DNA from: Dehalococcoidia bacterium | GTDB taxonomy: Bacteria; Chloroflexota; Dehalococcoidia; UBA2979 | Reading direction: 5' to 3' | NCBI GenBank assembly: GCA_963667465.2 | Contig: CAXXDN010000002.1 | Coordinates: 1,312,001 to 1,376,000, forward strand | DNA: 64,000 nucleotides | In this document: in pieces, positions 31,263-47,053 of the stretch | How positions within the stretch are numbered: the stretch's first letter is position 1 | Layout of the letters: each line of letters begins with the position of its first letter | Notes under the pieces: generated by a model | Database searches by the model: none | What the model was told of the DNA's origin: nothing | Seen by the model: the letters and a program-made list of their open reading frames with translations, nothing else | Position numbers and translations under genes: made by a program

Positions 31263-32810
31263 ATGGACCCGATCGAGCGGCACACCCACGAGCCCGACGT
31301 CAGCTTCGACGGCGGCAACCTCGATTGCGGCGGGGGCCTGCTGCTCCTGATCCGCCGGCACATCGACCCGCTCGAACCCGGCGGCCTGCTCGAAATCCTC
31401 TCGACCGACTCGACCGTCGAGGTCGAGCTGCCGGCCTGGTGCCGGCTGACAAGCAACGAGCTGGTCTCGTGGACGAAGCACGGCGAGCAGCGCAGCTACC
31501 TCGTGAGCAAGGGCCCGCTCGGCGAGCGCGCGCAGGCGGCCGCTGCGCCGTCCGCGGTCCGTGCGGCATCCACACCCGCGGTGCGCACGGTCGGCGAGCA
31601 ACTGCGGGTGGAGGTGACGATCCCGGAGTCGCTGCCCGATCCGGCCGCTCCGACGGAGATCGCGCCGCTCTCGGTGATGGGCGTGGGCAGCTGGCCGCGG
31701 CCGCGCTGGATGCTGCGCGCGATGCACGACCGCCTCGAGGGCCGGCTCAGCGAGGCGGAGTTCCAGGCGACTGCCGACGACGCGGTCCAGCTGAGCCTCG
31801 CCGCACAGCTGCGGGCCGGCGCCGACGTCGTGTCCGACGGCGAGCAGCGGCGCGACAACTACGCGAGCTTCGTGGGCGGCCGCCTCGACAACTGCCAGTT
31901 GATTCCGCTCAGTGACCTCACGGCGATCGTCGACGACCCGGCGGAGTTCGAGGAGGAGCTGCGCGTGCTCGACGTGCCGGCCGCGGAGGTGCGGCACCCC
32001 GTGGTCTACGGGCCGCTCGGGCGCAGCCGCTCGCTGGCCCTGCACGAGCTGGAGTTCGTCGCACCCCGCGCGAAGTCCCCCGTGAAGGTCGCGCTCCCGG
32101 GACCATATCTGCTGACGCGCATGATGTGGCTCGACTGCCTGACCGATCGTCCCTACGAGAGCCGCGAGGAGCTCGCCCGCGACGTGGTGCGTGTACTGCG
32201 CGAGGAGGCGCACTTCCTGCTCGCCTCGGGCGCGGCGCTGGTGCAGTTCGACGAGCCGGCGCTGACGGAGGTGGTGCACGGCAGCCCCGGCGCCACCCGC
32301 AGCTTCATGTGCGGCGCGCTGAGCGAGCGGCTCGAATCGGCCTCGGAGCTGGACTTCGCCGCGGGCCTGCTCGACGAGGTCGTGCGCGGACTCCCGCCCG
32401 AGTCGCTTGCGCTGCACGTCTGTCGCGGCAACTGGACGCCGGACGAGTCGGCGGCCCTCGCCGGCGACTACCGCCCGCTGCTCGGCTTCCTCGGGCGCGC
32501 GCCGGTGGGCACGCTGTTCCTCGAGCTGTCGACGCCGCGCGCCGGCGAACTGGCCGTGTTGCGCGACCTGCCCGAGGACAAGCGAGTCGCCAGCGGCGTC
32601 GTTAACCAGAAGCTCGCCGCGGTGGAGCCGGTCGAGGAGATCCGCCGGCGCATCGCCCGTGCGATCGAGTTGTTCGGCGAGGAACGCGTGCTGCTGACCC
32701 CGGATTGCGGCTTCGCGACCTTCGCGGACAACCCCGTCGCTTCCGCGGATGTCGCCGAGGCGAAGCTGCGCGCGATCGTCGAGGCGCGGGACCTGGTTCG
32801 CGGAGGCTGA
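31263..32810 (+). CDS. TusA domain fused to a single-barrel cobalamin-independent methionine synthase (MetE-II)-like domain
   Basis: N-terminal FDGGNLDCGGGL...ELPAWCRLT; Ala/Pro linker; VGSWPRP, SDGEQRR, LPGP, QFDEP, LHVCRGN, LFLE, PDCGF. Confidence 0.88.
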   Translation: MDPIERHTHEPDVSFDGGNLDCGGGLLLLIRRHIDPLEPGGLLEILSTDSTVEVELPAWCRLTSNELVSWTKHGEQRSYLVSKGPLGERAQAAAAPSAVRAASTPAVRTVGEQLRVEVTIPESLPDPAAPTEIAPLSVMGVGSWPRPRWMLRAMHDRLEGRLSEAEFQATADDAVQLSLAAQLRAGADVVSDGEQRRDNYASFVGGRLDNCQLIPLSDLTAIVDDPAEFEEELRVLDVPAAEVRHPVVYGPLGRSRSLALHELEFVAPRAKSPVKVALPGPYLLTRMMWLDCLTDRPYESREELARDVVRVLREEAHFLLASGAALVQFDEPALTEVVHGSPGATRSFMCGALSERLESASELDFAAGLLDEVVRGLPPESLALHVCRGNWTPDESAALAGDYRPLLGFLGRAPVGTLFLELSTPRAGELAVLRDLPEDKRVASGVVNQKLAAVEPVEEIRRRIARAIELFGEERVLLTPDCGFATFADNPVASADVAEAKLRAIVEARDLVRGG

Positions 32811-32897
32811 GGCCGCGGGCCGCGTCGGCGTGCGCCGCTAGCGTTGACCCGCACGGCTGCCTACACTCGGCGCGGCGACGTAACGGCGGAGGAGCGC

Positions 32898-34556
<1,659 letters not shown>

Positions 34557-34568
34557 GGCGCGCCCACG

Positions 34569-35060
34569 ATGCCTGACGCCGTCGACGCGATCATCGAGAG
34601 CAACGCACAGGCGCGCGCCGATCTGCTGGACGCGATCGACGCGCTGCCCGCCGAGCGGCGGACCGAGGGCTGGTACGGCCCGCAGCAGTGGTCCGTGCAG
34701 GACGTGCTCGCGCACCTCGCCCGCTGGCAGCAGGGCTGGAGCCACGCGCTGCGGGCCGTCACCGCCGGCGAACGGCCCGCGGTGCCCGGCTACGAGCCGA
34801 ACCGCGACGACCCGGAAGCAGCCGACGACGCTTACAACGCGGCCTCCGTTGCGGAGCTGCGCGGCCAGCCCTGGGAGACCGTGATGGCGCGGCTGCGCGC
34901 CGCCCGCGAGGAACACGACGAGGCGATCCGCGGCCTGCGCGCGCTCGAGCCCGAGCGCTATGCGGAGGGCCGCACTCCGTACCGCCTCGCGGACGCCGCC
35001 CACCATGACGGCGAACACATTGAGGCGATCCGCGCCTGGCGGCGGGAGCAGGGCGCTTGA
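34569..35060 (+). CDS. DinB superfamily protein
   Basis: WSVQDVLAHLARW...HHDGEHIEAI. Confidence 0.8.
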   Translation: MPDAVDAIIESNAQARADLLDAIDALPAERRTEGWYGPQQWSVQDVLAHLARWQQGWSHALRAVTAGERPAVPGYEPNRDDPEAADDAYNAASVAELRGQPWETVMARLRAAREEHDEAIRGLRALEPERYAEGRTPYRLADAAHHDGEHIEAIRAWRREQGA

Positions 35061-35866
35061 TCGACCTGCTGCACCACGTCGGGATCGTCGTGCCGGACGC
35101 CGATGAGGCGCTCGGCTTCTACCGCGACGTCATGGGGCTGACCGTCGCCAAGGACGAGGTCGTCGAGGAGCAGGGCGTGCGCGGCGTGCTGCTGCCCTTC
35201 GGCGAGAACGAGTACGAGCTGCTTCAGCCCGTGCGCGACGACACCGGCGTGGCGCGCTTCCTCGAAAGCCGCGGCCCGACGTTGCACCACATCTGCCTGC
35301 GCACGGACGACATCCGCGCCGAGCTGGCGCGCATCCGCGCGCTCGGCGTCGAGCTGATCGACGAGGAGCCGCGCTACGGACTGGCCGGCGAGATCGCCTT
35401 CCTGCACCCGCGCTCGATGCACGGCGTGCTCGTCGAGCTCGCCGAGGTCGAGGACCGCCATGCCTCGTCGGAGAAGGGCTTCGACCACCTCGCCGCCCGC
35501 GTGACGGACTACGAGGCGGCGCGGGCCCGCTGGGGCGAGGTCGCCGGCATCGAGGAGCACGCTCAAATCCATGTCGAGGAGTCGGGGATGCTGATCGGGC
35601 AGTTCCCGATCGGGCAGTGCATGCTCGAACTGCTCGCGCCGAACGGGCCGGACTCGCCGCTTGCGCGCGGCGATCTGCGCGAGGGCGCGTCGCCGATGAC
35701 CGCAATCGAGGTCGCCGACCTCGATGCGGAGATCGCCCGCTACCGGGCGGCGGGGCTGGATGTGCCTGACGCTGTGGTGGGCGTGCTGCCGGGTACGCGG
35801 CGCTCGGAGATCAGCGCCGATCAGGCCTTCGGCATCCGCATCCAACTGCTGGAGTACGTCGGCTGA
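35057..35866 (+). CDS. mce: Methylmalonyl-CoA epimerase with a second VOC domain
   Basis: HHVGIVV...ELLQP...VARFLESRGPTLHHICL...FLHPRSMHGVLVEL; located in the mutase operon. Confidence 0.85.
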   Translation: MIDLLHHVGIVVPDADEALGFYRDVMGLTVAKDEVVEEQGVRGVLLPFGENEYELLQPVRDDTGVARFLESRGPTLHHICLRTDDIRAELARIRALGVELIDEEPRYGLAGEIAFLHPRSMHGVLVELAEVEDRHASSEKGFDHLAARVTDYEAARARWGEVAGIEEHAQIHVEESGMLIGQFPIGQCMLELLAPNGPDSPLARGDLREGASPMTAIEVADLDAEIARYRAAGLDVPDAVVGVLPGTRRSEISADQAFGIRIQLLEYVG

Positions 35867-35950
35867 ACCGGCGCGCGGGCTGAGCCGGACGGCTTCGGCT
35901 TGGTAGACTTGCCGACAGGAACGCAGCAACGGTTGGCCAGGAGACTCCCC

Positions 35951-36361
35951 ATGACTGACGAGCAGGCGATCCGCGTCCTGATCGCGAAACCCGGCCTCGA
36001 CGGGCACGACCGCGGCGCCAAGGTGGTGGCCCGTGCCCTGCGCGATGCCGGGATGGAAGTGATCTACACCGGCATCCGCCAGACGCCCGAGATGATTGCG
36101 GAGGCGGCCCTGCAGGAGGATGTGCAGGTCGTCGGCCTCTCGATCCTCTCCGGCGCGCACCTCGAGCTGTTCCCCCGCGTCGTGAGCGCCCTCGATGAGC
36201 GCGGTGTGGACGACGTGCTGCTGTTCTGCGGCGGCATCATCCCGGAGGCCGACATTCCGGTGGTGCAGGAGCTGGGCTTCTCCGGCGTCTTCGGCCCCGG
36301 CACCAACACCGAGGCCATCATCGAGTTCGTCCGCGATCACGCGGCGAGCCCCACCGCCTGA
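35951..36361 (+). CDS. Methylmalonyl-CoA mutase cobalamin-binding (small) subunit
   Basis: [31 protein letters not shown]. Confidence 0.95.
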   Translation: MTDEQAIRVLIAKPGLDGHDRGAKVVARALRDAGMEVIYTGIRQTPEMIAEAALQEDVQVVGLSILSGAHLELFPRVVSALDERGVDDVLLFCGGIIPEADIPVVQELGFSGVFGPGTNTEAIIEFVRDHAASPTA

Positions 36362-36367
36362 GCTGGA

Positions 36368-37333
36368 GTGGACGCAGCCGAGCTGATCGCGGGCGTTAAC
36401 GAAGGCGACCGGCGCGCCCTCGCTCGCGCCATCACGCACGTCGAGGCCGACACCAGGACGGGTCGCGCCGTCCTCGCGGGCCTCTACCCGCGGACGGGCC
36501 ACGCCCGCACGGTCGGCGTCACCGGCTCGGCCGGCGTCGGCAAGTCTACGCTCGTCGGGCGGCTGGCGAGGGCGCAGCGCGAGCGCGGGCGCAGCGTCGG
36601 GATCGTCGCGGTCGACCCCTCGTCGCCGTTCTCGCACGGCGCGATCCTCGGCGACCGCATCCGGATGCAGGACCTGACCTCGGACTCCGGGGTGTTCATG
36701 CGCTCGATGGCCTCTCGCGGCAACCTCGGCGGCCTCGCGGAGACCGCCTCCGGCGTGGTCGACGTGATGGACGCCGCCGGCTACGACGTGGTGATCGTCG
36801 AGACCGTCGGCGCGGGCCAGGACGAGGTCGAGGTCGCGACGGCGACGCAGACGACGGTGCTGGTCACGATGCCGGCGGGCGGCGACGAGGTGCAGTCGCT
36901 GAAGGCCGGGCTGATGGAGGTCGCGCAGGTGATGGTGGTGAACAAGGCCGACCTCGCCGGCGCAGACACCGCCGCGACCCAGTTGCGGGCGCTGCTCGCC
37001 CTCGCCGGCGAGCGCGCCTGGAAGCCACCGATCCTCAAGGCGGTGGCGCGGGCCGGCGAGGGTGTCGAGGAGCTGGTGGACGCGATCGACGACCACCAGG
37101 CGTACCTGCGCGGATCCGAGCACGCCGGGGAGGCGCGCCGCGATCTGGCGCGGGCGCAGGTAATCTCGCTCGCCCGCGCCGCGCTGCACCGCGAGGCGCT
37201 GGAGGCCGCGCGCCGCGCGGGCGTCCTCGAGCAGCTCGTCGAGGAGGTGGCCGCGCGCCGCCGCGACCCTCGCTCGGCTGCCGCCGCCCTGCTGCGGGGC
37301 GTGAAAGACGGCTGGGCGCGAGAGCGCGACTGA
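36368..37333 (+). CDS. meaB: Mutase-associated GTPase MeaB/ArgK
   Basis: GSAGVGKST, VDPSSPFSHGAILGDRIRM, ETVGAGQDE, NKAD. Confidence 0.95.
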   Translation: MDAAELIAGVNEGDRRALARAITHVEADTRTGRAVLAGLYPRTGHARTVGVTGSAGVGKSTLVGRLARAQRERGRSVGIVAVDPSSPFSHGAILGDRIRMQDLTSDSGVFMRSMASRGNLGGLAETASGVVDVMDAAGYDVVIVETVGAGQDEVEVATATQTTVLVTMPAGGDEVQSLKAGLMEVAQVMVVNKADLAGADTAATQLRALLALAGERAWKPPILKAVARAGEGVEELVDAIDDHQAYLRGSEHAGEARRDLARAQVISLARAALHREALEAARRAGVLEQLVEEVAARRRDPRSAAAALLRGVKDGWARERD

Positions 37334-37352
37334 GGGCTACACTCGAAGGGCG

Positions 37353-38048
37353 ATGAGCCAGGACGAACGGCCCCAGCGACTGCGCGTGACGTACCGCAAG
37401 GCGGACACGCTGCGCTACATCGCGCACCTGGACCTGATGCGCACGTGGGAGCGCAGCCTGCGGCGCGCGCGCCTGCCACTCGCCTACACCCAGGGCTTCA
37501 CGCCGCACGCGCGGATCGCCCTCGGCGCGCCGCTGCCCGTCGGCACCGTCGGCGAGCGCGAGCTGCTGGACATCTGGCTGTCGCCGCCCGTCGCGCCCGA
37601 GGAGTTCGTGCGCCGCCTCCAGGCGGTACTGCCGCAGGGCCTGACGCTGCTCGCCGCCGAAGAGGCGGCGCACGAGTTGCCCTCGCTCCAGTCGCAGATC
37701 CGCAGCGCGACCTACGAGGTCGCCTTCGAGCCAGGCGCCCTCGACGCTGCCGAGGTCGGGGCGCGGCTCGCTGCGCTGCTCGCCCTCGACACGCTCGACT
37801 GGGAGGAGCAGCGCGGCGCGAAGACGCGGCGCTACGACCTGCGGGCGGCGATCCGCGACCTCGCGCTGCGCGAGGAGGGCGAGCGGCTGGTCCTGGCTAT
37901 GGACCTGGAGCTGAACGAGCAGCGCACCGGCCGCCCGGCCTCCGTGCTCACGGCGCTGGGCGTCGAGGCACGTCCGGCGAGCGTCGTGCGCACCGCGCTG
38001 CGGCTTGGTGAGCCAGTGCTGGCGAGCGCCGGGGAGGGCCGGGCTTGA
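37353..38048 (+). CDS. DUF2344 / radical-SAM-linked protein
   Basis: LRYIAHLDLMRTWERSLRRARLPLAYTQGFTPH. Confidence 0.88.
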   Translation: MSQDERPQRLRVTYRKADTLRYIAHLDLMRTWERSLRRARLPLAYTQGFTPHARIALGAPLPVGTVGERELLDIWLSPPVAPEEFVRRLQAVLPQGLTLLAAEEAAHELPSLQSQIRSATYEVAFEPGALDAAEVGARLAALLALDTLDWEEQRGAKTRRYDLRAAIRDLALREEGERLVLAMDLELNEQRTGRPASVLTALGVEARPASVVRTALRLGEPVLASAGEGRA

Positions 38049-38743
38049 TCGCCGCGTCGCGGGTCGCCTTCTTCGTGCTGCTCGTCGCGGTGGTGGCCTC
38101 GGTAGTCACGCTCCGCTGCGGCCGCGGCGAGAACGGCGAGGACGCCCGGCCGGAGGCGCCGGCGACAGCCACCACGGCGACCACGCGGACGGCGACGGTG
38201 ACGGCCACGCCCGCCTTGAGCCCAACCGCCACACCAACCGAGCCCGAGACGCCGCGGGCCACGCCGACGCCTCCGCCCACGCCGTCGGCGACGGCGACAC
38301 GAACGCCGGGTGCGGCGACGCCTCCGCCCGTCAGCGCCGAGGGCGTCCCGTACTCGCTCTCGGACCTCGCGGACGCGCTCGCGCCGGGCGGCGTCGTGCT
38401 GACAGATCTCTACGACCCCGCCTCCGCCTGCGCCGGCGCGGCGGTCGAGGGGCTGCCGTTCATGGCCGCGGAGGACGCGACCGAGGGGCGCTTCGCGGTC
38501 TGGGTGCTGTGGGTCTACCCGAACAACGAGGCGCGGCAGGAGGACTGGCGGACGGGGCAGCGCGCGGAGCCGCTGGTGGAGGGCTGCGAGCCGCCGAACG
38601 GCTTCCTCTACTGGCACGCCAACCTGCTGATCTGGTTCATCGGCTTCTACGGCGACGACGTCGAGCCCGGATCGCCGCCTCTCAGCCTCGAGGAAGTGCG
38701 GGAGCACCCGGTCCTGCGGGCGTTCCTCGGGCTGACGCCGTGA
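38045..38743 (+). CDS. Membrane-anchored or secreted hypothetical protein with a Thr/Pro-rich linker
   Basis: N-terminal hydrophobic helix; TATATPTEPETPRATPTPPPT; 4-nt overlaps with neighbours. Confidence 0.7.
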   Translation: MIAASRVAFFVLLVAVVASVVTLRCGRGENGEDARPEAPATATTATTRTATVTATPALSPTATPTEPETPRATPTPPPTPSATATRTPGAATPPPVSAEGVPYSLSDLADALAPGGVVLTDLYDPASACAGAAVEGLPFMAAEDATEGRFAVWVLWVYPNNEARQEDWRTGQRAEPLVEGCEPPNGFLYWHANLLIWFIGFYGDDVEPGSPPLSLEEVREHPVLRAFLGLTP

Positions 38744-39390
38744 ACGTACGCTTCCTGCTGCTGCGTCACGCCGAGGCCAGGGGCAACGCCGCCGGCCAGA
38801 CGCAGGGCCGCATCGATCACCCGCTGACGGAGCGCGGACACCGCCAGGCGGAGGCCGCCACCGAGGCGTTCGCCGCCTACCGCCCCGTCGCGCTCTACTG
38901 CAGCCCCGCCCTGCGCGCGCGCGAGACCGCGGCCGTCGCCGGCCGCGCGATCGGCCTCGAGGCGGCCGTCGACGAGCGACTTCACGAACTCGACCACGGC
39001 GACCTCGATGGCCAGACGATCGAGCAGATCCGCGAGCAGTACGCCGACTTCATCGAGCGCTGGCGCGACGAGGACATCGCCGACCTGCGCTTCCCCGGCG
39101 GCGAGACGATGCGCGAGGCGCAGGCGCGGATGCTCGCCGCCCTCGACGAGATTGCCGCCCGTCACGCGGAGGGCGATGGCTTCACGGAGGTCGCCGTTGT
39201 CTCGCACAACCTCGCACTGAAGGCGCTGCTCGCGCGCGTAATCGGCGTGCCGCTGGCGGCGGCGCGGCGCTTCGAGCTGGGCCTCGCCTCGCTGACCGTA
39301 GCGGAGCGGCGGCCCGGCGAGGACGACGAGCCGCCGGGCTGGTCCGTGGTCACGCTGAACGATCGCTGCCACCTCAGCGGGGAGGAGTAG
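38740..39390 (+). CDS. Histidine phosphatase (PGM/CobC-like)
   Basis: LLRHAE, SPALRARETA, ELDHG, FPGGET, VVSH, LNDRCHL. Confidence 0.9.
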   Translation: MNVRFLLLRHAEARGNAAGQTQGRIDHPLTERGHRQAEAATEAFAAYRPVALYCSPALRARETAAVAGRAIGLEAAVDERLHELDHGDLDGQTIEQIREQYADFIERWRDEDIADLRFPGGETMREAQARMLAALDEIAARHAEGDGFTEVAVVSHNLALKALLARVIGVPLAAARRFELGLASLTVAERRPGEDDEPPGWSVVTLNDRCHLSGEE

Positions 39391-39478
39391 CGCTCCGCCA
39401 GCCCGGTCGCCAGTTATTGTCGTGCGGCGGGGCGGCTGTTACGGTAAGTGCTGGCGGGTCCGGCGCTCGAGGGGCGCA

Positions 39479-39844
39479 ATGCGGTTCCATCTCCCCAGGC
39501 CGCGGCTGCTCGCCTTCGGCCCGTTACACGTCGTGTTCCCCCTGGTGGCGCTGCTGCTGGCGCTGTTCGGTTACGCCGCCCTCCAGACCGCCGCGCAGAA
39601 CTTCCGCCTGGCCGAGGAACGGCGCGCCGTCGAGACCGAGATCCACGAGCTGCGCACCCGCCAGGCCGAGCTCGAGGGCTTGCGCGAGTACCTGGTCTCA
39701 GACGAGTACGTCGAGGCCGTCGCGCGCAGCGAGTTCGGCCTCGTCTACCCCGGTGAGACGGAGGTCGTCGTCGATGCGCCGCCCTCGGAAGAGTCGGGGC
39801 GCCAGCCCGGCGAGCGCTGGTGGGAAGTGCTCTTCGATCGCTAA
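39479..39844 (+). CDS. Septum formation initiator (FtsB/DivIC)
   Basis: Single TM, coiled coil, SDEYVEAVARSEFGLVYPGE. Confidence 0.85.
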   Translation: MRFHLPRPRLLAFGPLHVVFPLVALLLALFGYAALQTAAQNFRLAEERRAVETEIHELRTRQAELEGLREYLVSDEYVEAVARSEFGLVYPGETEVVVDAPPSEESGRQPGERWWEVLFDR

Positions 39845-39910
39845 CGCGGCCTGACCCAGCCTGCTGCCCGCCGCACCCGCAACCCGCGCGCGGGGCGTTA
39901 CGCTGACCGC

Positions 39911-41005
39911 ATGACTGCCTTCGAGCCCTTGCAGCCGCTTCCCCGGCCGCGCGCCGAAGCACTCGCGCGCAATCGCGCGACGGGCGCATTCGAGCGGCGC
40001 GTCGGTGGCGCCCTCGGTGCTGCAGCTTCGGACGCGCGGCCACTGCTCGTAGCCTGTTCGGGCGGGCCGGACTCCAGCGCCGCGCTGGTCGCCGTCGTGC
40101 GCGCGCGGCAGGAGGCAGCAGGCGGCGAGGTGCTGGCCGCGACGTTCGACCACGGCCTGCGGCCTCCCGCGGAGACGCGGGCGGATCGCGCCGCAGTCGA
40201 GGCGCTGGCCGGGACGCTCGGTGTGCGCTGCCTGGCCGGGGCGCCGGAAGCGCCGATCGCGGCCTCGGAGGATGCGGCGCGGCAGGCGCGCTACCGCTGG
40301 CTGGGCGCCGTCGCGATCGAGGTCGGAGCCTCGGCCTGCGTGACCGGACACACGCTGGACGACCAGGCGGAGACGGTGCTGCTGCGGCTGACGCGCGGCG
40401 CCGGCCTGGCCGGCGCGGCGGGCATGGCGCCCGCTGCGCCGTGGCCCGTGCCGCTCGAGGGCGTGGCGGCCGCGGGAGACGCCGCGCCGCGGCTGCTGCG
40501 ACCGCTGCTCGGCGTGCGCCGCGCCGAGGTGATCGGCTACCTCGACGCGCTCAGGCTGGCGGAACACGGGCTCGCACCGCGCCGCGATCCGGGTAACGAG
40601 ACGCTCGTCTTCGACCGCAACCGCGTGCGGCGCAGGGTGCTGCCGGAGCTGCGGCGTCTGAACCCGCGCGCCGCCGAGGCGCTGGCCGGCTTCGCCCGCC
40701 GCGCCCGCCGCGACGACGAGGCGCTCGAGGTCTGGGCCGCCGCCGAGTCGGCGCGCATCGTGCGGGTCGACGGCGCGGGCGCGCGAATCGAGCGCGCGGG
40801 GCTGCGCGGCTTGCCGCAGGCCGTCGGGTCGCGGGTCTTGCGCGGCGCGGGGGCGGAGCTGGGGCTGACCCTGGCCGCGGACCAGCTCGAGGCGCTGCTG
40901 CGCATCGCGGACCGGCGTGGGGCGCGGCTGGACCTCGCGGGCGGCGAGGCGTGGACGGAGGACACGGAGCTGCGGCTCCGGCGGCGCGGGCCGGGCGGGG
41001 GCTGA
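39911..41005 (+). CDS. tilS: tRNA(Ile)-lysidine synthetase
   Basis: SGGPDS, DHGLR, EDAARQARY, GHTLDDQAETVL, RPLL, RNRVR. Confidence 0.93.
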   Translation: MTAFEPLQPLPRPRAEALARNRATGAFERRVGGALGAAASDARPLLVACSGGPDSSAALVAVVRARQEAAGGEVLAATFDHGLRPPAETRADRAAVEALAGTLGVRCLAGAPEAPIAASEDAARQARYRWLGAVAIEVGASACVTGHTLDDQAETVLLRLTRGAGLAGAAGMAPAAPWPVPLEGVAAAGDAAPRLLRPLLGVRRAEVIGYLDALRLAEHGLAPRRDPGNETLVFDRNRVRRRVLPELRRLNPRAAEALAGFARRARRDDEALEVWAAAESARIVRVDGAGARIERAGLRGLPQAVGSRVLRGAGAELGLTLAADQLEALLRIADRRGARLDLAGGEAWTEDTELRLRRRGPGGG

Positions 41006-41018
41006 GGTCTGACCGCTG

Positions 41019-41046
41019 TTGCCCCTCGGCCGGATCGTGCTATCCT
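41019..41046 (+). promoter_or_regulatory. Probable rrn promoter
   Basis: TTGCCC-16 nt-TATCCT with extended -10 TG. Confidence 0.55.
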
Positions 41047-41250
41047 CTTCGAACGCCTTCCGCAGGGAGCGCGTCGGACATTTACATCTGGATAGCAGTC
41101 AGAAGCAGATACAGGATTCCCGTCAATCCTGTGCGCGGCTGGGTTTCGGCACGTCCTCGTGGCGTCCGGGCGAAGGTGTGCGCGCGGGGAAATGTACGGC
41201 ACTCACGGTTGCCGAAGGCGCGGTTCGCCGCTCCGGAGACGGCCGGGTAT

Positions 41251-42737
<1,487 letters not shown>

Positions 42738-43085
42738 AGGGAGCACGAACCGGATCAGTCCGCGCCGCACGGTGTGTGGGGCGGCCCGGTCAGGAGCTCC
42801 AGGGTCGATCGGCGTTGTCGCCCGCCACTTCGGGGTTCGCCCCGGGGTAGCGGTTGCGAGGCGTGCGCGCCTCGCCGGCGGCAAGTCGGGTACGCGCACC
42901 GCGCGGACGAATCCGGCGCGCTGCTTCCGGCTGCTATCCAGCGGTAGATGTCCGCGGGGCCGGCCATGTGCCGGCCCCGGAGCGGACGGGCGCCGCCCCG
43001 GCAATCACGCCGCCTCTCTCAGTACGCCCGCGAGGGCGAACGCGGCGGAGGCGGCGGCCCGGCCACCGGCCGGCGATGCACGCGG

Positions 43086-43162
43086 GGGCCATTAGCTCAG
43101 CTGGTTAGAGCGCAGTCCTGATAAGACTGAGGTCCCTGGTTCGAATCCAGGATGGCCCACCA
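43086..43162 (+). tRNA. tRNA-Ile(GAT)
   Basis: Cloverleaf with CTGATAA loop and CCA end. Confidence 0.97.
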
Positions 43163-43192
43163 AGCGCTTGCCGGTGCGCCGTAGCGGCGCGA

Positions 43193-43268
43193 GGGGCCGT
43201 AGCTCAGCTGGGAGAGCGCCGCCTTTGCAAGGCGGAAGTCGGGGGTTCGAGTCCCCCCGGCTCCACCA
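43193..43268 (+). tRNA. tRNA-Ala(TGC)
   Basis: Cloverleaf with TTTGCAA loop, G3:U70 pair and CCA end. Confidence 0.97.
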
Positions 43269-43471
43269 CTCGCTTCAGGGACTGCCGAAGATGGCGACCA
43301 CGCCGCGCACGCGGCGTTGGCGCGGGGCTCTGGCCCCGCAGGCGCATTTCCAACGGAAGATGAACGTGACAAGAGCAAAGGCAACACGAACGGCGTTTGC
43401 CTGCGTTGCCGTCGCGGCCCCTCGGGGCTGTGGAGGCGGCGTGGGCGGAACGCGGAGAGTGCCTGATGAAG

Positions 43472-46423
<2,952 letters not shown>

Positions 46424-46582
46424 TTCATCAAGCACCCTCGGCGTTCCCCGCCGTCGCCAACCGCTCCCCTCACGTTCGTCTTCCCGCGGGCTCCCCACCG
46501 GCGGCGCCCGCAACCGGGAGCACCGGAGCCGCTATACTGATTCCAGCCGGAACAGTGCCGGACCCGGAGCAATCCGGAACGT

Positions 46583-46657
<75 letters not shown>

Positions 46658-46764
46658 AACCAATCACACGGGCGCAGCAACCGCTGCGCCCGTGTTGCTG
46701 TCCGGGGCCCTCGAGAGTGGCCCCGGCGCTTGCCCGCCACCGCGCCCGCCTCCATACTTGATGG

Positions 46765-46883
46765 TCCTGGTGGTTAGAGCGCGGTGGAACCACCCGTTCC
46801 CATCCCGAACACGGAAGTGAAACGCCGCAGCGCTGACGATACTCCCCGGGCAACCGGGTGCGGAAAATAGGCCACTGCCAGGA
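46765..46883 (+). rRNA. rrf: 5S rRNA
   Basis: TCCTGGTGG...CCCATCCCGAACACGGAAGTGAA...CTGCCAGGA. Confidence 0.96.
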
Positions 46884-46888
46884 CTCAT

Positions 46889-46917
46889 GCGAGCCGGCCC
46901 ATACGGAGCCGGCTCGC
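46889..46917 (+). terminator. Hairpin after 5S
   Basis: GCGAGCCGGC...GCCGGCTCGC; weak U-tract. Confidence 0.45.
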
Positions 46918-47053
46918 TCCGTGTCCCGGCCCGTTCGCCCCGAGTTCGCCCCGAGGCAGAGCGCTACCGGGCCGCGTGATATGATCCCCCGGCTGCCGGC
47001 GGCCCGTAACAGGCCAGCGGCGGCGAACCCAGGACAGGAGGACCGAGCATACC

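Noticed and set aside
30619-32810. Selenocysteine recoding in the TusA/DsrE/MetE genes
   Set aside because: All motif positions are ordinary Cys codons and there is no internal in-frame TGA.
38150-38330. Repetitive sequence within the 38045-38743 gene
   Set aside because: It encodes a low-complexity Thr/Pro linker and is not a DNA repeat element.
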